The notes under the pieces were generated by a model. That model was not told the origin of the DNA. It made no database searches and was given only the letters and a program-made list of their open reading frames with translations. Shown piece after piece: positions 1 to 11,452 of a stretch of 64,000 bases of DNA. Each line of letters opens with the position of its first letter. Position 1 is the stretch's first letter. The stretch comes from Iphione sp. A-MEVVRFRX5 (taxonomy: Eukaryota). Location: positions 59,210,001 through 59,274,000 of the forward strand of contig OZ320316.1 in the NCBI GenBank assembly GCA_976226885.1. Direction: 5' to 3'. The position numbers and the translations under genes were made by a program.

Positions 1-638
1 ACTTTTCCTCTATAAACCTAAAACAGAATACACTTGAAGTGTTTTTAAGTGCATTGCTCTCTCATGAAAGACCTGTTTGGAAGCAAAACGAATTGTCCAT
101 GGGGCAATTTCTCCAATATTACGGTATTTTTTCTGGACTATATGTATACGTGTATGCATGTCAACCAAACACGTTTATCTGTAAGACTTGACTTAAAATT
201 GGGAAATGAGGCCACCTGGCCAATTTCTTTGCCTCTGTCAAAGAATTCATTAAGCACACAGAAGATTACAAAAGTAAATGCGTATATCCATATGAAGCTA
301 TTAACTGAATAAACACAAATTGGAACAGAGACACTCACTTTCCGTATGGATCCACAGTGCTCACTACAAGGAGGTTCTGGAAAATGTTGAATAACGAACA
401 TTAACGAAATAATCTTAGTACCGGAAATAATTCTGAAAACAGGAAAACGTTTCAAACGTAGCATTGACAGCTCACTCCCTCTTAGTATAATACAATAATT
501 CTTTGGATAAAATAACTTGTAGCCATCAATGCAAATAAAACAATACTTACAAATAACGTGATGAGATGCACTTCGACAACGCACATCGATTTCTATTATG
601 ACCAATATTTCGGTATCTTAAGTTATTAATTTACATAC

Positions 639-732
639 CTTTTCAATACCTCTCATGAACTTATCCGTCCTCTTGTAATGCTTCTGTGGATTTGTTATAA
701 GCTCACACAGTCGTTGGATAGTAAATGGTGCC
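639..732 (-). CDS. PPP4R2: PPP4R2 coding exon 4 ([31 protein letters not shown])
   Basis: catag| acceptor and |gtatgt donor; 94 nt; hallmark [10 protein letters not shown]...DKF.RG.EK. No further exon found in 1-638. Confidence 0.96.
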
Positions 733-2215
733 CTATGATCAGACAGAGATATGAATGTGTAAATAAATGTTATCAATTAGATCTTTGAAAAGGACCGTTT
801 TGATAAACCCTTGCTACTAAAGAGTACACTACACTACGGGGTAATGCCATCTGCCCTCCCTTTTGATGGCCTACTTTTTACCGTATGTGCACCAAATGGC
901 TATGTCGCACAATATGCTACTACGTGTATCTTCTACCTTCACTTTCGCCTTCTGTCTCAATATTCAATATTGATCATTTTAAGAAGAACAAAAGGGTACC
1001 AGGTGATCCCACAGAAAATAGAAACTCCAGTCCTTAAGTACGTGTAAGTTTTAACCCGTTATTTGGTTTAACGATATTAAACTTGAATGATATTCAATAC
1101 AACGCATATAACACACCGACCCTACGAAAAATTAATGGATGAAACCTACGTCTGTTTACCTAACTATAGTGGTCATTACTCTGCAATACATTGTGTACAG
1201 TTAGCCCTCGCTCACCAATCTTCTATAGACATTCTACATATCCAAATAGGTTGACATGAAAGAAACGGGTTTCATATTGAAGATATCACCCATACTGAAC
1301 CTGAGCAAATACAGTGTGTGTGAATGTGTGTGTGGTGTCTTTCGCTCTTCACAAATACCTTGCACCTTGTTTTGGGGTGGTTGAGTGGACCTGTTTAAGT
1401 CTTTCAGGTTTACAATCGTCGTTTCTGCATGACTGAGCACCACGACTGCTACTAGTTTTAAATTTGTACGATGTGTTTGGTCATTCAGAATACCAATAAA
1501 GGTATGACAGTAATAAGTAAGTACCCGTTTTCCAAGACAATATATTGCAAAGAATACTTTTAATTAAGATGAGCAACTTCAGCATTTGCACTGGTTGTTA
1601 TCAGTGGAAGGAGGTTCTACTAGGTTGAACACAAGGAACGCATCTGTTATACCGAAGGGATACTCCTACTCATCTTTGAAAAAGTAGGGCCACTTATGGC
1701 ATACACTTCCAATGATAATCCTTTCCCATAAACAAAATAAGTATCAATAAACATCTTTTTTACTACCATATCCAAATATGTCAATAAATAAAAATACCGT
1801 GCATTGATAAAACCACACAACCACCAGAAGAGCATTTACATAGGTAGTTTAAATATAGTGTGTTCTTTGAACGGAATTTCCTCTCAAACAGCTTTCCCCA
1901 TCATCAGAACTAGTGTACAACTTGGAGCTGTAATGTGGAAGTCTGCGCCCCACCCCCACCAGCCATGTGCGTCCTGATCAAATTAAAAAATATTCATTAT
2001 CTTCAGACTAAGACTAAATGGTAGGCGACCGCGGTGACTAACAGACAGTGTAGATACCTTTCTGCAGGATGCATTTTAAATACCACTTTACTTGCTTGTT
2101 GTTGTCTATCTACATGAAAATATGTCACATTCACAATTTTCACACTGAAACTGCTATTCCCTTCATTGAGAAATGGAAAATTATATAGGTAGACAGTATG
2201 TCACTTAATGCTCAC

Positions 2216-2386
2216 CCATTAAATTCATTTATGCTCATCAGTAGCCGCTGGCGCATTTCATCAAATTTAACATTTTCAACATTTGGACATGTTGGTAGGT
2301 CATCAGTTGGCACTTTCTCAAAAAATTCTTTCATGGCCAAATCCAATTTGTGAATAAAAAGTGGTCGGAGCTTTGGCCATGCAAAC
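2216..2386 (-). CDS. PPP4R2: PPP4R2 coding exon 3 (FAWPKLRPLF...NVENVKFDEMRQRLLMSINEFNG)
   Basis: ttttcag| acceptor and |gtgag donor; 171 nt; phases match both neighbours; PNVE..FDEM..R....F.G motif. Confidence 0.94.
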
Positions 2387-2989
2387 CTGAAAAGAAAAAA
2401 AGATAGATAAAATGAACTTGGAAACTTCTTCTTGGAAGCATCTTAAAATCCAACGAAACAGACAAACAATAAGAAGAGTGTTCTTTTGAATATTTAAAGT
2501 ACGCTGTATGGAAAAAAGACAATCTGATGAAATATTATATTTCATATAAGGCATCTTGTTGTATAGACAACCGTTTTACACAGCATAATACATAATAATC
2601 ATAATACATCTATACATACATAAAAAGGACACGAAAGTTCATGTGGTATCAAAGATCGTACGGAACATATCTTGCCATATTTCAGCACCAATACTGGCCC
2701 AAGTCATTTCGTAACCTAACCATACTGAATTCTACAATATCGCTCCCGCCCTGTTGAATTAGTAACAAGGAAAACTCCTACACTGAAACTAATTTTACAA
2801 AATGCTTTGAGACAAATCTAGAGGACTGTTTAATGCAAATCTGTTGGAAACTGATGCAGTCAAATTAAGGTTATTCGGCTTGAATCGGTTGTTCTAACAC
2901 TCACGTCATGATGCTGCCTATAGAGCGTAGAGGACTAACGTAGGGTGTTAGTCTCAAGGCTTAACACCAGGCAGTGTTTTTGTATTTAT

Positions 2990-4900
2990 AAAGATGTACA
3001 TTTTACTTCCAAAGGATACATAACTTTATAGTGATAATTATTCTCGTTGTCAGAACAGGACCCTATGGACCAAAACGAAAAAAGATCAACTAGTCCCATG
3101 ACTCTATACAGTAGGTTAGTTTTACTGTTAATTTTTCTCATTATATGCTTATAGAAAGTTGTTAACTTCATTTGTGAGTCCAATCATATGCCAAGATACT
3201 TGTAACCATTAGCTTCTTTTAGGGTGACATTGTTCATCTGCAATGGTAATTGGCCCATCTGGGATGTAGAGATATACACTACAGTTTGAGTTTTCTTAAC
3301 ATTTACCTGTATACTATTGCACTTGTACCACCTGCTTACTACATCCAGCTCTGCTTGTAATTTTGCCTTTAAGTTTCCTATGTTACTATCTGCCATGTAC
3401 AGTACCATATCGTCAGCGTACATAAGTATTTGTGACTCTCTACAGCACTGGGGTAAATCGTTAATAAAGATGGCAAATAGTAGGGGGCCTAGGGTTGATC
3501 CTTGTGGCACCCCACATACAATTTCCCTTTCCATTGAAAAAAAACCATTTAAATTTAACTATTTCTTTCCGGCCACTAAGGTAGTTTTTGAACCATCCTA
3601 ACTCCAAATTCATCCCCAATTTTGACAGATTATGCAGAATAATTTTATGGTTAACCAAGTCAAAAGCTTTTTTACAGTCTATATATACACAGTCTATATA
3701 TACACATTAAATTTTCATTTTCCAGATATGCCATCACTCGTTTAAATACAGCTTGTTCAAGTAGTTTTGCAAATACTGATAATATGCTTATTGGCCTGTA
3801 ATTATTTACACTACTCTTCTCCCCTCCCTTATATATAGGTGTTATTGTTGCCATTTTCCATTCTGCAGGAATTGAGTAGATATGTTACTTCTGTTACCAA
3901 CTCAAAACATAATTTATCTTTGTGTTTATGTTGCATCAATTCTGTGCAGTCTGGTTCCCCCAATTCACGTATTATTTTTGGGCCAACATTTATGAAAAAA
4001 TCATTTATATAATTTGCTGTCTTCACATCATCCATATAAAGACCATCTTCATCTTTGAGCCGTATTGTATGACCAATCTCGCTGCCTACCAGGTTTCTTT
4101 TAACCTCTCTCCAAAAACTCCTGGGATCCTTATGATTATACATCATTTTTGTTATATAGGCCATTTTCTTACTCCTAACCATAATCCAGAATTTATTTGC
4201 ATATCGCTTTGCAGCATTCATATCCTCAATGCTTTTTGTTGTATGTGCTAATGAATATAGACGATTTCGCTCTTTTACCGCCTCTTTGCAGTCATGGTCA
4301 AACCATTGGTGTCCTAGTCTAATTTTTTTCCTAATTTCTTATACGGATATAATCTGTTAACTATCCACTCTACAGAGCATTAAAAGAAACTCCATTTACG
4401 TTCAATATCACCTGTGTCATCATATAGATTATACCAATCAATACACATCAGTGCTTCTTGTAACTTCTTTTTAGAGTAATTTCTAATAAATCTTGCTTGT
4501 GGTAAAAAACTAATTCCCATTGTTCTAACTTCAGTCACAATAGTTACATTAACAGCATAATGATCACTAAATGTTGTTTTAAGTATCCCTGTAGCCACCA
4601 GTTCTGGATGAGATGTTACAACTAAGTCAATAGTGCTTGAGGTGGTTAGCGTTTGTCTTGTAGGGCACTTTACAATCTGCACCAGTCCATATCTTCCCAA
4701 AAATAAATCAAATTCACTCAATTGATGGGCACTCTGCTTCTGTACGTTAATATTAAAATCACCCATCATAACTAGAATACTATTCTTTGACTTGGTTTGC
4801 ATCACCTGATCGAGTAGCTCTAGGAAGATTTTTACACTTACAACAGGTGGTCGGTACAATCCAATTAGGTATAGAGTAACATTATCTTGCAATGTTATTT
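2990..4900 (-). mobile_element. Degenerate CR1-group LINE ORF2 (APE endonuclease + RT) in PPP4R2 intron 2
   Basis: Fragments YRPP, MGDFN, TIDL, SDH (endonuclease); PIYKGG..NYRPISIL, GVPQGSTLGPLLF, YADD, YKYLG (RT); several frameshifts and an internal deletion. Confidence 0.9.
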
Positions 4901-7766
4901 TTAATCCTAAAAGGTCAATGTCACTATGAGCATCAGAGATATATTGTTAACCTATTTCCTCTAGTAACAAATTTTCCCTATGGTAGACCAGTACGCCCCC
5001 CTTTTACTCCTAACAAGCTTCTTCGTCTATCAAGTCTAGATATATTGTATCCACGAATAGTGAGCAAGAAGTTTGCAGTGTGTTTAGCACACAATGGCTG
5101 AAGCGCAGATATCAGAACATACGAACTACTCGAGAATCTCATAAAGAGAATCAAGCTGCTAGAAGAAGGAAGCAGCAAGAAACCAAAGAAGAAAATAGAG
5201 AAGATGACAACAATAGTCACGAGAAGCAAGAAAAAGAAGCAAGACAAGGTAGAGGAGCTGGAAACTGACGGGAAAGAGACGGAGAATGAAGAACAAGACA
5301 ACGAGGACATGCTCACACCAGAACAGCTGAAGGAAGCCTCAGCAACAAACATACAAGAACTCCTCTCAGCAATTTATCCAGACATTGTACCTGCCACAGG
5401 TAAGCAAACAAAAAATCCCAAATCTCCAGCAATGTACGTTCACTTACCAAAGGGCGAGAAGTCTGAATTAGGGAAGCTAACGTTGCATGAATATGTTGCT
5501 GGCACTGTTTCAATGTGTTTGGATAAATCAATCCCTAAAAAGACCCGCACAGACTCCTTCCACACTTGAAACAGGTGACAGAAGAGACGGCAGCGCTTGA
5601 ATGGACCCCCTATGTCTCAGTGGGTGTCAGAACTTTAGGACATTAACACAGGGCAGATAAGTTGGAAGGACGTTCAAAAAATCAATTAAATGAAGAGTAA
5701 AGCAGTGAATGCCATCATATTAGAGAAAAGGAAGAGCGAAGAGCCTGACAAGCAAATTATAGCAGTCTGCATATCATGGCAGACAGGCAAATGCAAAGGC
5801 TGACCACAAACATGAATCAGTCAAACTAATCCATGCATGTTCTTTTTGTCACTGCTTTTATAATAAATCTTTGGAGCACAAGGCAGAACAGTGCAGGCAC
5901 AAGAGGCGCATCAGACGGTTGGACGCCTAAGGCGATTCAAAAAACTACAGGGACAGTCGGAAGACAGGCCGACCAATGAACAACGATGAACCCCCAACCG
6001 TCAAAAACAACAACACACCCAGACAACCGTTACCCACCAGACAACACAAGGAAGGGAGCAGTCAACACTACTAGACGGCCAAACAGACACCGAGATGACT
6101 GTTAGGCATGTGGTGACCAAAGGGAGCAAAACAACCACTGTGTCGTCAATGCTACCAGACGACCCACCCACCCAGACGACCCAGTGCGACAATGACCGAA
6201 AACATGAGGACACAGCTGAGTACTGCACAGAGCTGCTGTACAATGAAGTATGTCACACCGATATAAAGCCAGTCTCAAATATAGCACTTATCCACAGCAG
6301 GGTTACCTCATGGCCAAAATTGTTAAGTACAAATCCACAGCACTTGGTAAAAATATGATTGTGTCGAGGTCAGGATTGCCTAACCACATGGAGTGTAAAA
6401 TACCACTGGTCTCAAATCTAAACGTTCAAAAATGGTATGAAGTAATCGAAGATAGGGCATACATAGATGAAATACTCAGACAAGGCATCATGTATGGTTT
6501 TCAGTTAGGCTACTCCGCTACCGAGGTACCAAATATCAGAGTCCCGCACTATCAATCCGCCAGGTTCAGAAGTTTGTCGGATCCATAAACTTTATAGCAA
6601 GATGTTGTACGCCTGCAAGGCTGTTCGTCTGTGAATTACTGTATGAATACAGAATGGCAACAAGAGGACTGTTAGGGTAACGGGAAGGGTGAAAGATGAC
6701 ATGCAATGGTTTATACCGATGTACACTGGTATTTCATTGTTTGCAGACCAAAAGATCACGGATACAATAAAGGTTGATGCCTGTATTGAGGGCATAGGAG
6801 CCTACTGTGCTGAGGCCTTCTATGCGATGAAAAATATGTATGACCAAAACATGTCAATTTCGAAGCTAGAAGCAGTGGACTTAGCCATAGCAGTTGCAAT
6901 GTTCGGTGCTAGGTAGTTTAAAGGGTGCACAGTGGAAATATGCTCCGATAACATGGCAACAGTGTGGGCAATGTCATCACATCGACCCAGAGACCCTGAA
7001 ATGGCCTCTGCGGTCAGGTTTGTATGGAAAGTAGCAATGGAGTTTAATATGTACCTAAAGTCCACTCACATCTCAGGCAAAGAACTAATCATAACTGATG
7101 CATTATCAAGGCTGTACACTTCTAAGAAGCACTTTGTAATAGTAAACAATTTCCTAAAGCTTAGAAAGAACCTCAAGAAGCTGTTTCCATCGAAAGCATT
7201 ATTCTCAGATGTTCTCAATGCTTAATGTCTACCCACAGATAAACGCCTGAAGGACCTTGCAAGGAGGGCCGCACACAGGCAGAAAGAGGATGTCACCCAG
7301 GAGACACAAAAGAGACAAATTTCAAACATTTTGACATTCCTGGCATTCTATCACTACTATAACATAGAAGTGTACAATAGAACCCCAGATATTTTGGTGT
7401 ATCTAGAATATCTAGTTTATCAGAACTTGTCTCCAAATGTTATTGCACAACACTTGTCCAGTATAATGTAAGCCTTGAGGAGGCTAGGTTGCGCCCCAGA
7501 GGTGTCATTAAGGCTATACACAAAACCACAGAGCATATTGTTGACAGGAAACTTCCAGTATCGATAGAGCATATGGAAAGAACAGTGGTTCATCTCTCTC
7601 AGATGGGTAAATTAGGATTAGTATCAAAGCAGTATTTTCTTTCTTATTCTTTTCACTATTAAGGCAATCTAATGTAGCACCTAAAAGAGTAGATGCATTC
7701 GACCCATCAAAGCAAATATTATGGCAGGACATAGAAATTCTTCCAGATTCTATTAAGGTACTAGTT

Positions 7767-8424
7767 ACACTACTCTTATAAAACGGCTGCCGGAAGTAGG
7801 CTCCATGGATTAGAGTCACTGCGCATGCCTAAAATTAAGCCAGCCAATCACAGAGCTGCTTACAATACTGGTTTGGTTGGAGTTCCCCAGTGATGACGTC
7901 TTGATGAGAAAACCCTAAGATCGGGTTTCAGGCAGCTTGGAGGGAGGGTAGTGGTGGTGACGGCAGCGGCCAGGGCACACTCACACACACAGGCCTGTAG
8001 CCAAGGGGGTATCGGAGGTTTCGTCCAATACCCCCCGTGGACATTAATGCCTATAGATCTTCATTGAGATGACAAAAAATGAGTTCCACCCCTGCTGTAT
8101 TGGGGGTATCGTCCGATACCCCCCATAAAACGTCCNNNNNNNNNNNNNNNNNNNNNNNNNNNNNNNNNNNNNNNNNNNNNNNNNNNNNNNNNNNNNNNNN
8201 NNNNNNNNNNNNNNNNNNNNNNNNNNNNNNNNNNNNNNNNNNNNNNNNNNNNNNNNNNNNNNNNNNNNNNNNNNNNNNNNNNNNNNNNNNNNNNNNNNNA
8301 CCCTGGCGAGAGGGGATGAGTGCAAGTGCACTTCGGTACACTGCACACGCTGCTACCGTAACGAGAGAGAGAGAGTGTGTGTGTGTGCGTGCATGCTCCA
8401 GTGCAAGCGCCGAAGGCGCTTGTT
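7767..8424. mobile_element. Insertion (contains an assembly gap) that splits the YR ORF; ends in a hairpin, possibly Helentron/HINE-like
   Basis: Joining 7766 to 8425 restores GTA CTA GTT AAA TTG TCA AAA ACA = VLVKLSKT. Right end has hairpin CAAGCGCC-GAA-GGCGCTTG (8404-8422) then TT; (CA)n/(GA)n(GT)n tracts inside. Confidence 0.55.
7990..8135. mobile_element. MITE, CAGGCC(T/C)GTAGCCA family, left part (runs into gap)
   Basis: Terminus CAGGCCTGTAGCCAAGGGGGTATCG shared with copies at 29704 and 54749. Confidence 0.75.
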
Positions 8425-8879
8425 AAATTGTCAAAAACAATCAAAAAGAACAGCTCTGGACATATACACATCCCCAAAACAGGCACACCAGCCTGTCCGC
8501 ATGAGGCCCTTACTACCATGCGCAGACTCACACCACGGTTCGCCGAGTATCAGTCGTTATTCACAGATCCATGTACAATGCTCCCATTAACAACACAACA
8601 GATGAGTGATGTACTGGCACTGGTGAATAAACAGTTCGGATTAGACTCAAAGAAGTATTCCTTACACAGTTTTAGACAGGGGGGGGAGGGGGGCTGTGGC
8701 CCTTCAAAGAACAGGTGCCACACTGCAGCAGACAATGGCGCAAGGGACGTGGGTCACACAGTGCTTGTATACACAAAAAGAGAGGAGGATTCATTACAGA
8801 CAGCCAAGATCCTTTGGAAGGCTGCCCAGTCATCAACTGCCTAAAAGAAATGGGCTTAGCACATATAAATCTCTGTTTA

Positions 8880-9240
8880 GGCAAAAAAAAAAAAAATCGG
8901 TGTGTTTCTGGTAACCCAGCCCTTCCTAGTAAAACCTCACCCTACCTTAAAAACTTTGGGCCCCAAAGAGTATTTAAGGCTGAATTTCCTTAGATATGTG
9001 TTTTCATGACACATGTTTTTTGGGTAAATTCAGTAGAAAAACAACAAAATCCATGGAAATTCATAAAAAAAAATTTAAAACTCATACAGACTGTTCAAAA
9101 TTCTTAATATTGTCTTTATTATTGAGAACCAGAGGAAGAAACTGGGAAAAAAATTAAAAAAAAAGGATACCCCCTCCCTACTTAAGTTTTTGGCTTGTTG
9201 TAAGCAGAAACACACCTATTTTTTTTTTTGGGGGGGGGCC
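8880..9240. mobile_element. MITE with GGC...GCC termini and TTA TSD (PIF/Harbinger- or Zator-like)
   Basis: TTA at 8877-8879 and 9241-9243; TIR GGC-A-tract-..GTGTGTTTCTG; same family as 53742-54080. Confidence 0.8.
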
Positions 9241-9967
9241 TTAAAGTTTATCAACAGATGCATATTCTGATGTACATATACTATGTCTTGAAATGATCGA
9301 AAGAGTTGATGTAATAAACCTCTTTGAATGCCAGGAGAAGTCTCGAGTTGTACGTGATATTTCTTTTTATGAGGGCGAAACGTCTTGAGGGTGAACTGGT
9401 TTGAGGGCGAATTGGCGAGGATGGAACGGTTTGAGGGCGTAACGTCGGTATACGTGGCTACTGAACCAATGAGGACTTGTTTTGGCTAGTTTCTAGTATA
9501 GCGGGCCCCATTTGTCTCTGTTCATATAAGGGTTGGTAAGTATATGGTCAAAATTGCATTCATTGATTGAACAAAAGTAGGGTGTGTGTGTGGGGGGGGG
9601 GGGGTCTCCTCCCACTATAAAATTTCTTTAATGTAGGGGGATGTGGGGGGTTTCCCCCACTCTAAGTGGCCGGGGTCCGCTATACTAGAAGTGACCAATT
9701 AAGTTTTAGACTTATTACACTGCTAAGTCTTACTGAACGACCCATCCGTCCTCTCAATCAACTGTTCGGAAGACTGACAACTGCGACTTGTGGAGGCCAG
9801 CGGCAAGCGACCTTGACCTTGCCATGTATAAACAATAAGAGGGACAAACGGGATTCCTTAAATCTTCCTCGTACCTTTACATATAGTAACTCACATTAAC
9901 TGGAAAGATCCTCTGTCAACTATCAATAGTTCAAGACATCCATAATAGCTGTCTGTAACACACTTAC

Positions 9968-10049
9968 AACGTTTCCCCTGTAGCTGCGATTCTGTTGAGG
10001 TAGCGCTCCAACAACGGCGGTAGCTTGTCCACATTCTTGTGATTGAATT
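9968..10049 (-). CDS. PPP4R2: PPP4R2 coding exon 2 (EFNHKNVDKLPPLLERYLNRIAATGETL)
   Basis: ctgcag| acceptor and |gtaagt donor; 82 nt; peptide matches the PPP4R2 N-terminus (vertebrate ...FLCHVAKTGETM as recalled). Confidence 0.93.
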
Positions 10050-10133
10050 CTGCAGAAGAAAAATAATTACATCTTATTTTCACTGTTTTTCACTATATCT
10101 ATAAAATGTTATTGAATTAAGACATATAATTAC

Positions 10134-10170
10134 CATCTAGAGCCTCCAGGATATCTTCTTTACTGTCCAT
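10134..10170 (-). CDS. PPP4R2: Protein phosphatase 4 regulatory subunit 2, coding exon 1 (MDSKEDILEALD-G|)
   Basis: ATG at 10170 (ggaaaATGG), 37 nt, phase-1 donor GTAATT; joins exon 2 in frame (G+AA = Glu). Confidence 0.9.
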
Positions 10171-10199
10171 TTTCCTCCCGTAATTCCTAAACACTCTTA

Positions 10200-10480
10200 C
10201 GGCAAACCTAAAGATGGCGGATAGACATTTGCGTCATGGAATGCTCAACTGCTGGAAATTCGAGGGGTGGCAGTTATCCAAACATTTTTCCTGAGAATCC
10301 ATCTGTATTAGGTTGAACATACATATATTATAAAGCAAGCGTTTAAGTATAAGCAATACTGCGGCTACCTAACTGGGACATTTCTTGTCAATTAGTGATA
10401 CAAATATGGCAATTTTATATCCTTCCCTCCCCATTTAAAAGATCCATGGAACACCCCTCTCGTGACATCTCGCGAGATGT
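10200..10480 (-). promoter_or_regulatory. Probable PPP4R2 housekeeping promoter region
   Basis: YY1-type AAGATGGCGG at 10211-10220 (CCGCCATCTT on the gene strand), about 40 nt above the ATG; TCTCGCGAGA (BANP/ZBTB33-type) at 10468-10477 inside a 16-bp perfect palindrome ACATCTCGCGAGATGT. Confidence 0.55.
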
Positions 10481-10587
10481 TCGCGTGTTTACCAGTGATC
10501 CCGGTCGGGGGGCCTCCAAGCGCATTGGTGGGCAACGATTAGAAATAGTCTCAGCTGACTTCACTCTGTCTGTGTCTGTCACTGTGT

Positions 10588-10717
10588 CAGGGCTGGGCAA
10601 CTTGTCGCATTTCGCAAAAAGCACGCGACATAGGCATTGAAAAATACGACAACTTTTCTTCTGTTACCACTGATTTAGTGCAGAATTTTGTGGGTTTTTT
10701 TTTGCGACACAGATATT
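10588..10717. mobile_element. MITE, CAGGGCTGGGCA family, partial (runs into gap)
   Basis: Reverse-complement match to the right half of the complete copy at 60166-60329. Confidence 0.75.
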
Positions 10718-10944
10718 NNNNNNNNNNNNNNNNNNNNNNNNNNNNNNNNNNNNNNNNNNNNNNNNNNNNNNNNNNNNNNNNNNNNNNNNNNNNNNNNNNN
10801 NNNNNNNNNNNNNNNNNNNNNNNNNNNNNNNNNNNNNNNNNNNNNNNNNNNNNNNNNNNNNNNNNNNNNNNNNNNNNNNNNNNNNNNNNNNNNNNNTACA
10901 TTGTAGAAGGGTGGCCTTAGGCCCTCTATATTTAGTTCGAAAAA

Positions 10945-11082
10945 GTGTCCTTAAGCCCCCTGTCTTTCAGATGAGTGCCCTTAAACCCCCTATCTCTGAG
11001 ATGTGTGTCCTTAGGCCCCCTATTTTTTAAATGGGTGTCCCTAGGTCCCCAATCTTTGAGATGGATGTCCTTAGGCCCCCTG
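10945..11082. repeat. 30-bp minisatellite, about 4.5 copies (GTGTCCTTAGGCCCCCTAT..TTGAGATG)
   Basis: Units start at 10945, 10975, 11005, 11035 and 11065. Confidence 0.85.
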
Positions 11083-11339
11083 ATGTGTGTAGGTGTATGT
11101 GTCTATGGATGTGTGTGTAATTGTATGTAGCATGTTGTATGCAATTGTTATCTTTTAAAAGTCAGCGTTTTCTTTAAAAAAGGGTGTGTTTTTAGTCACT
11201 CAAAATCAGTGTTTTCATGAAAAAAGGACCCTTTTTTCAGTTAAAAGTCAGTGAAAAGGGGGTAGTTTTGATGCTGTAGAATGAGCGCTAAAGTCCCCTT
11301 TTCAGGGTATGAGAGAACAGTTACATATAAGGTCTCCCC

Positions 11340-11452
11340 CTTTAAGTATGGTTGTGAGCGCATGGTCGCCTCACCATCGCCCCAGGTCGAGGCCGCAGGC
11401 CGAGATCGAGGGCGATGGTGAGGCGACCATGGGCAAGCAACCATACTTAAAG
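11340..11452. repeat. Fold-back palindrome / TTAA-flanked mini-element
   Basis: Arms 11340-11354/11438-11452 (15 bp) and 11361-11382/11410-11431 (22 bp) are perfect inverted repeats; core GGCC-GCA-GGCC; TTAA at 11342-11345 and 11447-11450. Confidence 0.8.

Larger units (their letters stand above)
5080..8844 (+). mobile_element. Ngaro/DIRS-type YR retrotransposon, internally deleted (gag, RT start, RNase H, YR), in PPP4R2 intron 2
   Basis: Gag-like ORF 5204-5569 with Cys/His motif remnants at ~5770-5900; RT N-terminus (YGFQLGY) joined by deletion to RNase H (DAC...SDN...THISG...DALSR, stop 7225); YR pieces LLRQSNVAP..FDP (~7650-7770) and KLSKTI...CP...YSLHSFRQGG (8425-8844). Outer boundaries approximate. 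Confidence 0.85.

Noticed and set aside
1840-1977. Possible extra PPP4R2 exon (RTWLVGVGRRLPHYSSKLY...)
   Set aside because: No donor before the stop, no recognisable homology, and exons 3 and 4 already join in frame.
8044-8531. ORFs spanning N runs (also 10587-10920)
   Set aside because: Artefacts of assembly gaps.
10945-11082. CRISPR-like arrays (30-bp repeat; also the TAACGCTTCAC arrays)
   Set aside because: Eukaryotic context, head-to-tail or degenerate units without unique spacers, no cas genes.
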